A stretch of 64,000 bases of DNA from Octopus sinensis (taxonomy: Eukaryota), in NCBI RefSeq assembly GCF_006345805.1, contig NC_043002.1, forward strand, positions 39,556,001 through 39,620,000, in the 5' to 3' direction. Each line of letters starts with the position of its first letter. Within the stretch, counting starts at the first letter, position 1. Below are positions 1-13,575 of the stretch, in pieces. The notes under the pieces are model-generated. The model was not told the DNA's origin and ran no database searches. It saw nothing but the letters and a program-made list of their open reading frames with translations. Position numbers and translations under genes: made by a program.

Positions 1-290
1 CAGAAAAGAAAAGGAGGAAGAAGAGGAAGAGAAGTAGGAGGAAGAGGAGAAGGCAGAAAAGAAAAGGAGGAAGAAGAGGAAGAGAAGTAGGAGGAAGAGA
101 AGGAGGAGGAAAATAAACAGGAGGAAGAGGAGGAGGAGGAAAAGAAGCAGGAGGATGAGGAAAAGAAACAGGAGGAAGAGGAGGAAGAGGAAAAGAAGCA
201 GGAGGATGAGGAAAAGAAACAGGAGGGGGATGAGGAGGAAGAAAAAAAACAGGTGGAGGAGTAGGAAGAAGAGGAGAGAACATAGGAAAG
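1..290. repeat. Degenerate purine-rich (GAG/GAA) low-complexity repeat
   Basis: Almost purely A/G on the + strand, with recurring gaggaagaggaggaaaagaa units; the 63-aa R/K ORF is an artefact. Confidence 0.9.
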
Positions 291-504
291 CTTGCACCTA
301 CCTCTCTGCCAATGTGAGAGTGGTTCCTAGGTACTGTTCAGTTTAAGCAAAGTGTTTGGATTGATTGTGTTATCTCAGGTTTTTGTAAATAATATTCTGA
401 ATCACCAAAAATAATTTTTTGCTTTTTTCTCTTAACTTCCGTTTGATGTCCAAATTGGTGCAAGATATATTAATATCATATTGAGAGAAACAAGAATCAA
501 TTAA

Positions 505-517
505 TTGAATTATAAAA

Positions 518-580
<63 letters not shown>

Positions 581-600
581 CAATGATGATGATAATAAAT
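505..600. repeat. (AAT)n microsatellite
   Basis: Direct reading. Confidence 0.95.
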
Positions 601-1859
601 AAATAAATAAAAGGATAGAAAAAAGAGGGTGAACAACTGAAGAATAATTTCAGAGTATTTATCAAGAGTTTTTTTTACTCTAATTAAAATATATTTTCTA
701 GGCAACGGAAGGTCGGCAAAGCAACGAGGTCTGCCTGTTATTGTTTAAAATGATATTTTTTTACTGGATTGATGAACCAATAAGCAGGTTATATGGTTTT
801 GTGAATAGAAGATAATATGTTGAGTGGAAAAAAGAGTTATTTTGTTGTTAATGAAAAAGGAAGAATAAAAATGTAAGGAGAGCAGTGAGATTAGATCTCT
901 GGATTGCAGTGCCTTATTGACCTGACAAGTTGATAAAACATTGAAATGAGTACAATGTGAAATGTGTGGCAATATGCTGTATGGCATAGACCCCTGCCAA
1001 CCCTTGCCACTCTGAGCAAAAAAACAAAAAACAAAAAAAATAAGCCGGATATTAAAACATTGATGATGATGACAGTTTTATTAAAACAACTTCATTCTTG
1101 ATTGGTCAGTATCAGATATATATATGCAGGAGTGCTATGAGGGCCAAAATAGCAAGACATTAAAAATAATAAAAAGAAAACCAGAAAATTATAGTTAATA
1201 GCATTCATAGAAACTATCGATGGTAATCAGTGTATAAGTCATGGCTGGCAGTGAGAATTTCCTGTTTAGCAATTAAATTGCCGACTTTACGTCTAGCTAG
1301 TTGAAAACAATGGCAAATGTCCACATTCCCAGAATTAGCAAAAGCTAACCAGGAAGCTGACAAGATTTTGGAAAATACAAGCGATAATGAGTCCTGCTCT
1401 AATTCATCATATAACATTCCAATTTACATTTTTTTAGGGTTTTGTTTTTAAATTTCCAATCTAACCCATACTAACACATACCAGCAATACCCTTTCAAGT
1501 ATCTCAGTGTATAGCTAGAGTGTGTGGCACTTTGAGTTTTCTGCCTTAGCAGCCCTGGCTCCATAAACAGGTTTATACAGCAGACCCAAAAGTGTCACTC
1601 CCATAAAAGAGTTGCTCAGGGTGGAACCCTCTCCCCAACTACCAACTATGATTTCTCCCCTCCCAGGTCATGTTACTGAAGTAACTATCCTAACAAGTTA
1701 ACAAAGAAGTGTCTGTGCCATGTAGGAAACACTTTGCTCACAGGCAAGATTTTCTCCTCAGTCCTCTTTCATATTTGAAACTGCCAAGTGACAAAGTCTC
1801 CAAAAATCTGTTTGAGGAAAAAAAGTGATTTAAGCCATAAGACCAAAATGATAATTTAA

Positions 1860-2071
1860 CCCTTTTGTTACTATATTCCTCTTGAAACATGCTGCATTTG
1901 TCTCCATTAATTTTGAAATAATACAGAATGTAGTAAAATAACTTTGCCATTATTAAGCTAATGTTTGGAACTTAGATTAACATAAAGTTTCAATGGTAGG
2001 CTTTAATATAAAATAGGAAGTTGATATCATGCAACCAACGATTAGTCTCAGGTGGTTTGTTATCAAAAGGG
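1860..2071. mobile_element. piggyBac-like MITE
   Basis: TTAA|CCCTTTTGTTA at the left end and TATCAAAAGGG|TTAT at the right; CCC/GGG termini at TTAA are typical of piggyBac. Confidence 0.65.
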
Positions 2072-2099
2072 TTATATGTTATATATATGTATTAATTTA

Positions 2100-2460
2100 T
2101 AAATTTAAAGGTTTATCCTTTTGCTCAGCTCAGATGCATCTTCAAAATTTGAGATGGGAATCTTTCACAGATTGAGCAGAATAAATTGAAAGGACAAGAT
2201 AACAAAAGCTGCAATTGTGGAAAAGCTGAAACTCCAAAGCCTACAAAGCTATCATATTTTTGGTCATATTTTGAACATACAATACCCAAGACTACCCTGA
2301 CAGTGAGTACAAAGAGGAAGAGAACAAGAAACCAGTAATGATGTTTGTGGACTGGCAGCATGAAAGAATGGACTGGAAACAAGAACCTGGCTGATTGTAT
2401 GCATGCAGCACAACACAGAGGGAACTACAGACCCTTGGCAAATCTCCCCTGGGATAAAGG
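2100..2460 (+). pseudogene. RTE-clade LINE ORF2 C-terminal relic
   Basis: Frameshifted translation gives KLSYFW...KRKRTR...SMKEWTGNKNLADCMHAAQHRGNYRPLA, resembling the RTE C-terminal G.R.RGRP..RW.D.IKEWTG...A.DR..WR pattern. Confidence 0.55.
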
Positions 2461-2515
2461 GAAGGCACTGATGACTGACGACTGAACTAATAAGTCAATG
2501 AATGAGACTCTATGC

Positions 2516-3172
2516 CAGTGGTTCTCATTCAGGATCCATATAGCCCTTAAGGGTTCATATAAGAGTTTTGGTGGGTCCACACAACAAAATAGTAAGTTGG
2601 AAATCCACAATAGTATTCTATGGGTCCCTGAAAACATTTTGCTTTAAATGCATATATTGGCATGTATTGCAAGAAACAGGTAGGTTTCTTTCTCTAACAT
2701 TCTACCTAGTTCACCCTACACAAGTTAATGTGTGAAAAATAGAATAGGAATTTTGAAAAAAGTATCTATAAAACTAGTTTTTAAGCATCACATGGCTATG
2801 GGGGTCCACCAAAATAAAATAGTTCCTCCTTCTCAAGCCATGCCTGGCTCATAAGGGCTGGTTTCCCGGTTTCCTTGGTGTATAGCTTCCCCACCTGGAC
2901 GGGACGTCGGTCCATCGCAGGTGAGCTGCAAGATGCAAGAGGAGGGAGTGAGAGAAAGTTGTGGTGAAAGAGTCAGCAGAAGTTCGCCATTATCTTCTGC
3001 TGGAGCCTCGTGGAGCTTAGGTGTTTTGCTCATAAACACACACTTCGCCCAGTCTGAGATTCGAACCCGCGATCCTTTGACCGTGAGTCGGCTGCTTGAA
3101 CCACTAGGCCATGTGCCTCCACCAAAATAAAATAGTAGGGGTCCATGAGTAAAAAATGGTTGAGAACCTCTG
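2516..3172. mobile_element. hAT (Charlie-type) MITE interrupted by a SINE
   Basis: TIRs CAGTGGTTCTCA and TGAGAACCTCTG; perfect 8-bp TSD CTCTATGC at 2508-2515 and 3173-3180. Confidence 0.9.
2824..3117 (-). mobile_element. tRNA-derived SINE (family D) nested in the hAT MITE
   Basis: Minus strand begins GGAGGCACATGGCCTAGTGG (A box) with GGTTCGAATCTC (B box); 19-bp TSD TCCACCAAAATAAAATAGT at 2805-2823 and 3118-3136; second copy at 8897-9195. Confidence 0.9.
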
Positions 3173-4551
3173 CTCTATGCAATCACTCAACCTGCAAGAA
3201 ATAGTTGCTACATTCCCTCAGATTACACACTTTCATCATTAAAGTAAGAAAGACATTTTGCAATAACATTGACCTAGATACATACCAAAAAATGACAGAA
3301 TAGTCATGACTTATGTGCTTTTGATCATAGTTCTGCCTATCAGGGTTAACATGAGGCAAAGTAACAACAACAGTAATCACAACAATAACTCACCACTTGA
3401 TTGTTTGGCAAAAGTTGACACATTCAAGTTACTACAGAAATATATTTGAACAATTTTTATGCAAATATTGAAAATTTGTCCAACCTTATTCCACTCATAA
3501 TAGCATTAAAAAAAATTGATATAAAATATTATAAAATGATTTAACAAAAAAAGGAAAAATATCAGTACTACTTCATATTAATTCCAATCTTCTCTTCATC
3601 ATCAGTAGTTTTTCTCAGTCCATAATAATCTGCAGTGAACTCAAACTCAACTTAATTTAGCCAGTTTTGTAATTAAAAATTTCAGAAAAAAAAAAAAAAA
3701 ACTTTAACTCCTCCTGTAAAAAAAAAAAGACCCCATCATTGTTGCTGCTGTTGGACTGTAAGAGGTCATCGCTACATTTACCAGTATCTTAGTCTTTGCC
3801 ATATTCTCCCTTGGCTCTTTTGATGCCAGGCCTGTTTCCTAGATACAAGAGAGTTTTTAGCAATTTATTGATTTAATATTGGCAGCAGCAGCAGCAACAG
3901 CAGCAACAGCAGCCAGGGAAGATTAGTTCCATAGGAAATAATGATAATGCTTAAATTGTTCTTCACCATAGGACAGAGGTGGGGAAAGGAATAGACAGCA
4001 CATTATATAATTTACATATGAATACACACCACACACACACACACACACGCACACACATATGTATGTATGTATGTATGTGTGTGTCTGTGTATTTATAAGT
4101 ATATATACACATCATATACAGGCAGACACATACATTTATGTGTGTGTGTGTGTGTGTGCATGTGCATGTTTGTGTGTGTGTGTGTGTACATATATATTCT
4201 TGTGCCCAGGGTCTAAATGGCTAAATCATTTGAATTATTGGTTTTCAACAGAAAATAGAATAGGTTCGCATTTCAAGAGTTCATAAGTTGTACTATTATA
4301 ATAACCATTTTGGATATCATATCATATCTGACCTTGTTAAATGAGATGATGGTGGTGGTGGTGGTGGTGATGTAGGTGGTGGTGGTAGTTTTGGTGGTGG
4401 TTGTGGGTGGTGGTGGTGGTAGCAGTGACAATGACAATGGTAGTAATAATGATATGCTACTAAACATTTGACCTTGATTAAAATGGTAAGTTAACATTAT
4501 ATCATGCAATGCATACACACATACTGCATGCATACAAATGCTTGTATTCAA

Positions 4552-4557
<6 letters not shown>

Positions 4558-4636
<79 letters not shown>

Positions 4637-4672
4637 CAGAGAGAGAGAGAGAGAGACAGAGAGAGAGAGAGA
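4558..4672. repeat. (GA)n microsatellite
   Basis: Direct reading; source of the RE/SL ORFs. Confidence 0.95.
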
Positions 4673-5102
4673 TAAAGTTTCATGTTTTAGCAAATTTAAA
4701 CAAGTTTCCGGAGATTCTTCATGACACCAACCACACTTCCCATCCTAGAAATACACAAAGGCAGATAAAGAAATTTAAAAAAATTTTATTTCCCTACAAA
4801 TTGGGATCTACTTGAGCCTCTACACAATTCTCAAGCAAGACTCACATTGTAGTATAACTCATATGCTTGGAACAGCTCTGCTAGCACGCAGCAGGCATTC
4901 CAGAACACATCCAAAAGATCACAAAAACTTACCAAAATAGCAATGGTTTCTGCCAACTACAGTCTCCAATCACTAGCTCAACCATTTACAGTTTTTTTTT
5001 ATTTGCCTCTTTCCCTTCCACAATAGCCTCTACTTCTCTCAGTTAGCCATCCACAAATGCTTCCAATCCAGATCTGGCTGGTCTGCTCACTTATTCTCAT
5101 TA

Positions 5103-5756
<654 letters not shown>

Positions 5757-6016
5757 CCTTTATAAATAAGAAAATGAAGACAATGGATAAAAATTTATGT
5801 ACAGATGTTTTCATTTAATGCATAGAAACTCCTACCTACAGCTGTTTCCATGCGCAATTCTTTAATTTCAGAAATAAAATTCCATATTCGAAACCAGTGA
5901 ATTGGGTATATCCTCAGGGAAAATTTCATGAGGAAGTTATTTATTTGAATGTCTTTAAATAAAAACATCTGTACATAAATTTTTATTTATTTTCTTCATT
6001 TTCTTATTTAAAAAGG
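5757..6016. mobile_element. Fold-back MITE-like element
   Basis: About 60-bp terminal inverted repeats (5757-5817 vs 5956-6016) with few mismatches; non-coding interior. Confidence 0.7.
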
Positions 6017-6164
6017 CTTATTTAAGTACCTATACATTTTGGTGATAAACTAATGTAATTGGTTTTCTCTGAATGCTGGTATAAACCAGTGTACTAGGAC
6101 AGTCGCATCCCTTAAGGGACTTTAGTTACTTGACTAATTAAATGAAATTACATATTCGTTGTCT

Positions 6165-6365
6165 TTTTTCTTTTATTCTTTTACTTGTTTCAGTCATCTG
6201 ACTGTGGCCATGCTGGAGCACCGCCTTTAGTCGAGCAAATCGAACTCAGGACTTATTCTTTGTAAGCTTAGTTCTTATTCTATCAGTCTTTTTTGCTGAA
6301 TTGCTAGGTTATGGGGATGTAAACACACCAGCGTCAGTTGTCAACCGATGCTGGGGGGACAATGT
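6165..6365 (-). mobile_element. SINE family B, 3' half
   Basis: Matches the 3' part of the full-length copies at 11697, 36592 and 43684. Confidence 0.85.
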
Positions 6366-6432
6366 CAAACTAATACACCTGCTTGTTTATACACCTGTCT
6401 TCAGCCTTTGTTTTTCTGTAAATTACAGGTAT

Positions 6433-6501
<69 letters not shown>

Positions 6502-6509
6502 CATATATA

Positions 6510-6874
6510 TATACAAAATATTCTATAATTATATACATAATTATAATCAGGGTTCAGCTAAGTGCCTCGACACATACTTGATCACATACATATTTAATCC
6601 TAACACTTGCAAATTTATAACTTGGAGTACCCACACTGAGGAGAATAACAGGTAAATATCATTTAACTTTAAATTCGAAACATGTCCATGGTTAATCGAA
6701 GTCATGTGGATTCATCATTTTTCTTTTTGCCTACATAAAAAAGTGTGTTATTATCTCAGAGATTTTTATGGTAGTTGAAAAGACATTAGCATCTATTTCT
6801 AATTCAGTACGCGGCAAGGCACTTAGCTGACCTCTGATTATAATTATGTATATAATTATAGAATATTTTGTATA
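6510..6874. mobile_element. MITE-like element with 58-bp TIRs
   Basis: 6510-6567 is the reverse complement of 6817-6874 with about 2 differences; TATA termini. Confidence 0.75.
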
Positions 6875-7484
6875 ATTCACCTAAAAAGGTTTTTTTTTGA
6901 CATACTTACTACTTGGTAAAATTATTAATTATTAATTGACTAATTAATTTTATCCTATATTATTATTAAAATGATAATTTACTCCATGATCGAAACTGCA
7001 GTTTTTCTGCAGGATAGGTTGTAACACTTGTGAGTATAAGGATAAATATATATCACATTCGGCTGTATATTTTTGGGAGTGCGGTTGAATATTAGCTATG
7101 TGATGATGCTTGGTCACGTACATATTTAATCCTAACACTTGCAAATTTATAACTTGAAGTACCACACTGAGGAGAATAACAGGTAAATATAATTTAACTT
7201 TAAATTCGAAACATGTCCATGGTTAATTGAAGTCGTGTGGATTCATCATTTTTCTTTTTGCCTACATAAAAGTGTATTATTGTCTCAGAGATTTTTATGG
7301 TAGTTGAAAAGACATTAGCGTCTATTTCTAATTCAGTACATGGTGAGCCACTTAGCTGACCCCTGATTATAATTATGTATATAATTATAGAATATTTTGT
7401 ATAATTCACCGAAAAAGATTTTTTTTTAAATGTACTGACTACTTGGTAAAATTATTAATTAATTTTACCTATATTATTATTATG

Positions 7485-7785
<301 letters not shown>

Positions 7786-7810
7786 TATCATGGCGACTGA
7801 TTATATATAT

Positions 7811-7885
<75 letters not shown>

Positions 7886-7904
7886 TACATATGTATATAT
7901 ATAC

Positions 7905-8370
7905 AACAGGCTACTTCCAATTTCCATCTACCAAATCCACTCACAAGGCTTTGGTCAGCACAAGGCTGTAATAGAAGACACTTGCCCAAGGTACCATGCA
8001 GTGGGACTGAACCCAGAACCATATGGTTGGTAAGCAAGCTACTCACCACACACCCACTCTCTGTCTCTCTTTCTCTCTCTCTCTCTAAATATATATATAT
8101 GTATGTATGTGTGCCTATATGATTATCTTTGTGTTTGTGTTTGCTACCTATTACTACCCCTACTACTTCATAACTGGTGTTGGTTTGTTTACGTCCCTGT
8201 AACTTAAGAGTTTGGCAAAAAACACTGATAGAATAATTACCAGACTTTTAAATAAAACAAAAACGAAAACAAAACATAAATACTGGGGTTGATTCATTTG
8301 ACTAAAATCCTTCCAGGTAGTGCCCCAGCATGGCCACAGTCAATTGACTGAAACAAGAAAAAGATAGGGA
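7905..8370. mobile_element. Two SINE family B halves in opposite orientation (5' half on -, 3' half on +)
   Basis: 7905-8058 matches the tRNA-like head in reverse; 8130-8370 matches the tail. Confidence 0.8.
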
Positions 8371-8635
8371 AAAAAATAAACGTGTAATAAATATGTATGA
8401 CATCCTATAGAGTGTTACGATAATTGATACAATGATAACCGATACAGCAATATGATAAAGAGACATAAATGCTGATACAGGGAAGATGGCAATTGACAAT
8501 AAATGTCATAAAAGAAACATGGCAGCTGATAAAACAGAGATCAGAAGTGTGTATTGAAGAGGATGAGCAGTTGATGCAATGAGGATGAAGTTAGGACAGG
8601 AAATATGTGATAAAGAGGCATGGCAGCTGATATAA

Positions 8636-8867
8636 CAAGCTGGCAGTATTAGAAACATTAACACGCCAGGTGAAATGCGTAGCCGTATTTCGTCTGCTGT
8701 TACATTCTGAGTTCAAATTGTGCCGAGGTCGACTTTGCCTTTCATCCTTTCGGGGTCGATAAATTAAGTACCAGTTACGCACTGGGGTCGATGTCATCGA
8801 CTTAAGCCCTTTGTCTGTCCTTGTTTGTCCCCTCTATGTTTAGCCCGTTGTGGGCAATAAAGAAATA
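8636..8867 (+). mobile_element. SINE family A (Nin/Deu-domain-like)
   Basis: tRNA-like head, central GCCTTTCATCCTTTCGGGGTCGATAAATTAAGTACC resembling the Deu/Nin SINE domain, tail AAAGAAATA. Confidence 0.9.
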
Positions 8868-8896
8868 AGTATTACAGCAAGATACACATGTATAGT

Positions 8897-9195
8897 GGAG
8901 GCACATGGCCTAATGGTTAGAGTAGCAGACTCACGGTCGAGGGGTCGCGGGTTCGAATCTCAGACCCTATGATGTGTGTGTTTACGAGCGAAACACCTAA
9001 GCTCCACGCGGCTCCGGGCAGAAGGTAATGGTGAACTTCTGCTGACTCTTTCGCCACAACTTTCTCTCACTCTTTCCTCCTGCATCTTGCAGCTCACCTG
9101 TGACAGACCGGCATCCTGTCCAGGTGGGGAATCTTTACACCAAGGAAACCGGGAAACCGGCCCGTTATGAGCCAGGCATGGGTCAAGAAGGAACA
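8897..9195 (+). mobile_element. tRNA-derived SINE (family D)
   Basis: Full-length homolog of 2824-3117 in the opposite orientation. Confidence 0.9.
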
Positions 9196-9264
9196 AACAT
9201 ACAGATATATGACATAGAAACCTATTCACTTGATATGGTATATCTTATTTTTTTAGCACTTTTT

Positions 9265-10155
9265 TCAGTCATTGGATTGCGGCCAAGCTGGGGCACCACC
9301 TTGAAGGGTTTTAGTCAAACAAATCAACCCCAGTACTAGGTTAATTTCTTCTTTTTTTTTTTAAAAAAAAATATGGTACTTATTCTATTGGTCTTTCTTG
9401 TTGAATTGCTAAGTTACTGCGGCCATGCTGGGGCATCTCCTTGAAGGGTTTTAGTCAGGCAAATGGATCCTAGTATTGGTTTTTTAAAAATATAATCTGG
9501 TACTTATTCTATTGGCTGCTTTTGCTGAACTGCTAGGTTACTGTGGGTTTTAGTCAAACAAATTGACCCCAGTGCTGTGTTTTAATCTGGAACTTATTAT
9601 ATTGGTCTCTCTTGTTGAACTGCTAAGTTACTGTGGCCAAGCTGGGACACTACCTTGAAGGGTTTTAGTCAGAAAAATTGACCCTGGTACTGATCGTTTT
9701 AAAAATCTGGTACTTATTCTATTGGTCTCTTTTGTTGAACTGCTGAGTTACTGCGGCCATGCTGGGGCAACACTTTGAAGGGTTTGAGTTAAACAAATTG
9801 ACTTCAGTACTGGATTTTGAAAAAAATTTGGTACTTATTCTATTGCTCTTCCTTGTTGAACTGCTAAGTTACTGTGGCCATGCTGGGGTACCATCTTGAA
9901 AAGTTTTAGTGAAATAAATCAACCCTGGTGCAGATTTTTTGTTTTTATAAATCTGGTATTTATTTTATTGGGTCCTTTTGTTGGACTGCTAAGTTACTGT
10001 GGCCATGTTGGGGCATTATCTTGAAGGGTTTTAGTCAGACAAATGGATCCTAGTACTTTTTTTAAAATCTGGTACTTATTCTATTGGTCTCTTTTGTTGA
10101 ATGGCTAAGTTATTGCAGTGGTACCACCTTGAAGGGTTTTAGTCAACAAACTGAC
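9265..10155 (-). repeat. Tandem array of about 120-bp units derived from the SINE family B tail
   Basis: Unit starts near 9278, 9418, 9542, 9632, 9752, 9873, 9998 and 10113 (partial); each is GGCCATGCTGGGG...GAAGGGTTTTAGTC...GGTACTTATTCTATTGG...GCTAAGTTAC. Confidence 0.95.
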
Positions 10156-10701
10156 CGCAGGAATAGTGGGTGGAGAAAATGGATGGATGGATAATACAAA
10201 GTTATATGTGTTATTTGGCCACAGGTCAGCCTTGATCCAGTAGGCCTATAATCAAAAGCATTTGAGTTGAGATCATCCAATCAATTTTCATATGTATATT
10301 GTTTTTTTGGATGATAGTGTGCAGTTAGAGGGAAATTTGGCTGTTATTTCTAGCAGATCGAACTATTGTATAGATACACCTTTGTTGGATAGCATAGATT
10401 AATAATATAAGAAGTGTGACATAGATAGGTATGTCCACTGATATAGTGTTATGGCAGGTAACAGAGAAGTATGTCAGCTGTTATTGAAGCTTGATACATA
10501 TATATGACAATATAGATATGACAACTGTTATACAGTTTGTTGTTGTTTTGTTCTAGTCAAACCTTGATCCAGCAGACAAGACCAAAGGCATTGCAGCTGT
10601 GACCAGATTGTATTTTTCCTGGTATTGTGTGCTCCAGACTACATTAACTATTGAAGCTTTTCTCATACAGGAAAGCCTATGAGAATTGAAAAAGGTGCTG
10701 G

Positions 10702-11106
10702 ACTTTAGCATTTAACCCTTTAGTGTTTAAATTATTCTGTTAAATGTAATACTTCTTCATTCAAATTCATCATCATCAACTTGAATTAATCATGCATTAT
10801 CTTATAGCTTTGAGGTTTCAATAATGTCACTATTTATTTTTAGAGTCTCAATGTAGGGTAGGTGCTTAAAGGCTAGATATCGCCAGTTTGAATATAAAAC
10901 ATGTAAAATATTTGAGTCGGATATGGCCGGTTTAAACACTAAAGGGTTAAACCAGCCAAGTCCAGCCCAAATATTCTATGTGTTCTAAGTTCAAACTGGC
11001 CAGATCCAGTCTCTCACACCTACCCTATAATGTCATTCAAAGAAATAAACAATCACATCATCAAATAAGCATTCACATTTAACAGAGTAATCTGAATGTT
11101 AAAGGG
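10702..11106. mobile_element. piggyBac-like MITE (10716-10946) inserted at a TTAA inside an older, inverted copy of the same family
   Basis: TTAA|CCCTTTAG...CTAAAGGG|TTAA; removing it rejoins ACTTTAGCAT-TTAA-ACCAGCC, the end of the older copy. Confidence 0.8.
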
Positions 11107-11215
11107 CTAATCAACTTAAGATGGTTTTAAAACATCATTAATTCATCCAGCATCACTGAAGATGAAGAAGCATTATATGGATGGATGTAGACTCTATTGT
11201 GTCTTGTCATTTATA

Positions 11216-11253
<38 letters not shown>

Positions 11254-11696
11254 ACGTGTGCAGGGGATGAATTTTGATTTTCTTTTTGTTTTTTGTTTTT
11301 GCAGGGCCTAAGTTTCTCTGTTTCATCATCATCAACATCATTGTCGTCATCATCATCATTGTCATCATCATCATCGTCATTATCATCATCATCATCATTA
11401 TCATCATTACTTTAACATCCACTTTTCCATGCTTGCATGAGTCGAGTGGAGTTCATTGAAAGCAGATTCTGTATGGCCAGATTCCTTTCCTGTTACCAAC
11501 CATCCTACCATGTTTCCAAGCAAGGTGATATTCCTTCAGTGCCAGACATGTTTTTACAGAACATTGGAAACGAATGATACTGCTTGCATGACAGTGACAC
11601 TCATTTACAACAATCATACGGTGTCAAGACAAGGAGACACACATACTCACAACTATGCAAATACTGTATGCCTGTATACACACACACACACACACA

Positions 11697-11911
11697 TTCT
11701 TTTATTCTTTTATTTGTTTCAGTCATTTGGCTACAGCCGTGCTGGAGCACCGCCTTTAGTCGAAGAAATCAACCCCAGGATTTATTCTTTGTAAGCCTAG
11801 TACTTATCCTATCAGTCTGTTTTGCTGAACCGCTAGATTATGGGGACGTAAACACAACAACATCAGTTGTCAAGTGATGTTAGAGGGACAAATAGACACA
11901 CAAACACACAT

Positions 11912-11974
<63 letters not shown>

Positions 11975-12156
11975 CACACATACACACATGTACGACGGGC
12001 TTCTTTCAGTTTCTGTCTACCAAATCCATTTACAAGGCTTTGGTCAGCCCGAGGCTATAGTAGAAGATACTAACCCAAGGTGCCATGTAGTGGGACTGAA
12101 CCTGGAACCATGTGGCTGGTAAGCAAGCTACTTACCACACATCCACGCCTGCACCT
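11697..12156 (-). mobile_element. Full-length SINE family B (CORE-like) with central (CA)n
   Basis: tRNA-like head with GGTTCAGTCCC, CORE-like CCTTGGG..GT.TCTTCTACTATAGCC segment, tail GAAACAAATAAAAGAATA. Confidence 0.9.
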
Positions 12157-12899
12157 ACATATATTCTTCCTATGATAGTCACAAGGCCTGAAAATTTACA
12201 TCAGTCTCAGTGCTATGTTATTCTATTGAACCCTGAAAGGAAGAAAGGGAAAGTTGACCTTGCCGGAATTTGAACCCAGAATGTAAAGCTACAAGATATA
12301 CCTCTAAACACTTTGTATGACATGCTTATGATTCTCTCTCACACACACACACAACAGGCTTCTTTCAATTAGTATGTACCAAATCTACTCATAAAGTTCT
12401 GGTTGACCTGAGTATATAGTGGAAGACATTTGCCCAAGATACCACACAGCGGGACTGAACCTGAAACCATGTGATTGGGATGTGAATTTAAAAAAAGCAA
12501 AAGAACAATGTGTGATTTTGGGAGAAATTTTGCTGCTATTTCTAGTAAGTTGTGTGGCTACCTAGAAATTCCTTTAATGGCTTTCTGATATAATGGAGTA
12601 TGATACAGTTGGATGATACAATTTTGTAGAACACAAGTTGATACCAATGGTTTTGTTATTTAACTTTAGGTCTGCTCTGATCCAGGAGATCTATGGTCAA
12701 AAAGTTCTTGCTATGACTATCCTGGATAATTTTTTACAGACTTGTTTTCACTCTTTTTACTATGTAAAGCCAGTAGGATGCATTATGAAACAAATTTGGC
12801 AGTTATTTCTAGCAGATCATGCAACCACATAGAGACTCACTCCCTTGTTCGTTAAAAAGGTCTTGCCATACCTATCCTCTCCTTTTTTTGTTTTGATGA

Positions 12900-12933
<34 letters not shown>

Positions 12934-13575
12934 GGTAGAAGTGGTGGTAGCAGTGGTGGTATTGGTGGTGGCAGTGGTGGTGGCAATGGTTGTGCTGGTG
13001 ATTGTTGTTGTTGTTGCTGCTGCTATTGATGTTGTTTAGCCCCCAGCTTTCCAGCTGTAAACCATTTTCAAAATTTTTTTTTCCTTGAGATGTAATCCAT
13101 CTTCAACTACACTACCTAATGTGTTTTCTTCCCCCTTTTTAAAATCAGCAGAATGCATTATGAAAGAGATTTGGCAGCTATTTCTACCAGATCAAGCAAC
13201 CATACAAAGACACACTTTGTTGGCTCATGATACAGTGATGTGTTGCAGATGGATATGTCATACACAGTGAAAGTAACTGGTACAGAAGTGTAATACAGTT
13301 CCGTGATACACAGATTAGGCAACTGATGCCATAAGTATCAATACATATAGTTATGTACATACAATGAGCTTCTTTCAGTTTATATACACCAAATTCACTC
13401 TCAAGGCTTTTTAGTTGGCAAAGACTCAGAGAAGAAGACACTTGCCCAAAGCATGTGGTACTTTAGATAAATATTAGGACTGAACCTGAGAACACATGGT
13501 TGGGAAGCAAGCTTCTCAACCACACAGCCACGTCTGTGCCTATTTGTTAATAAAATTAGGATTGTATATACAGAA

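Noticed and set aside
1200-1420. Possible hAT/Buster transposase fragment (MSTFPELAKANQEAD...)
   Set aside because: Only a vague FPxL resemblance; no diagnostic motif.
155-4815. ORFs rich in R/K, Y, SL, RE or CV in the supplied track (similar ones recur throughout the window)
   Set aside because: They are translations of microsatellites, with no splice or homology support.
9265-10155. CRISPR-like repeat array
   Set aside because: Eukaryotic context, no unique spacers, and the units derive from a SINE tail.
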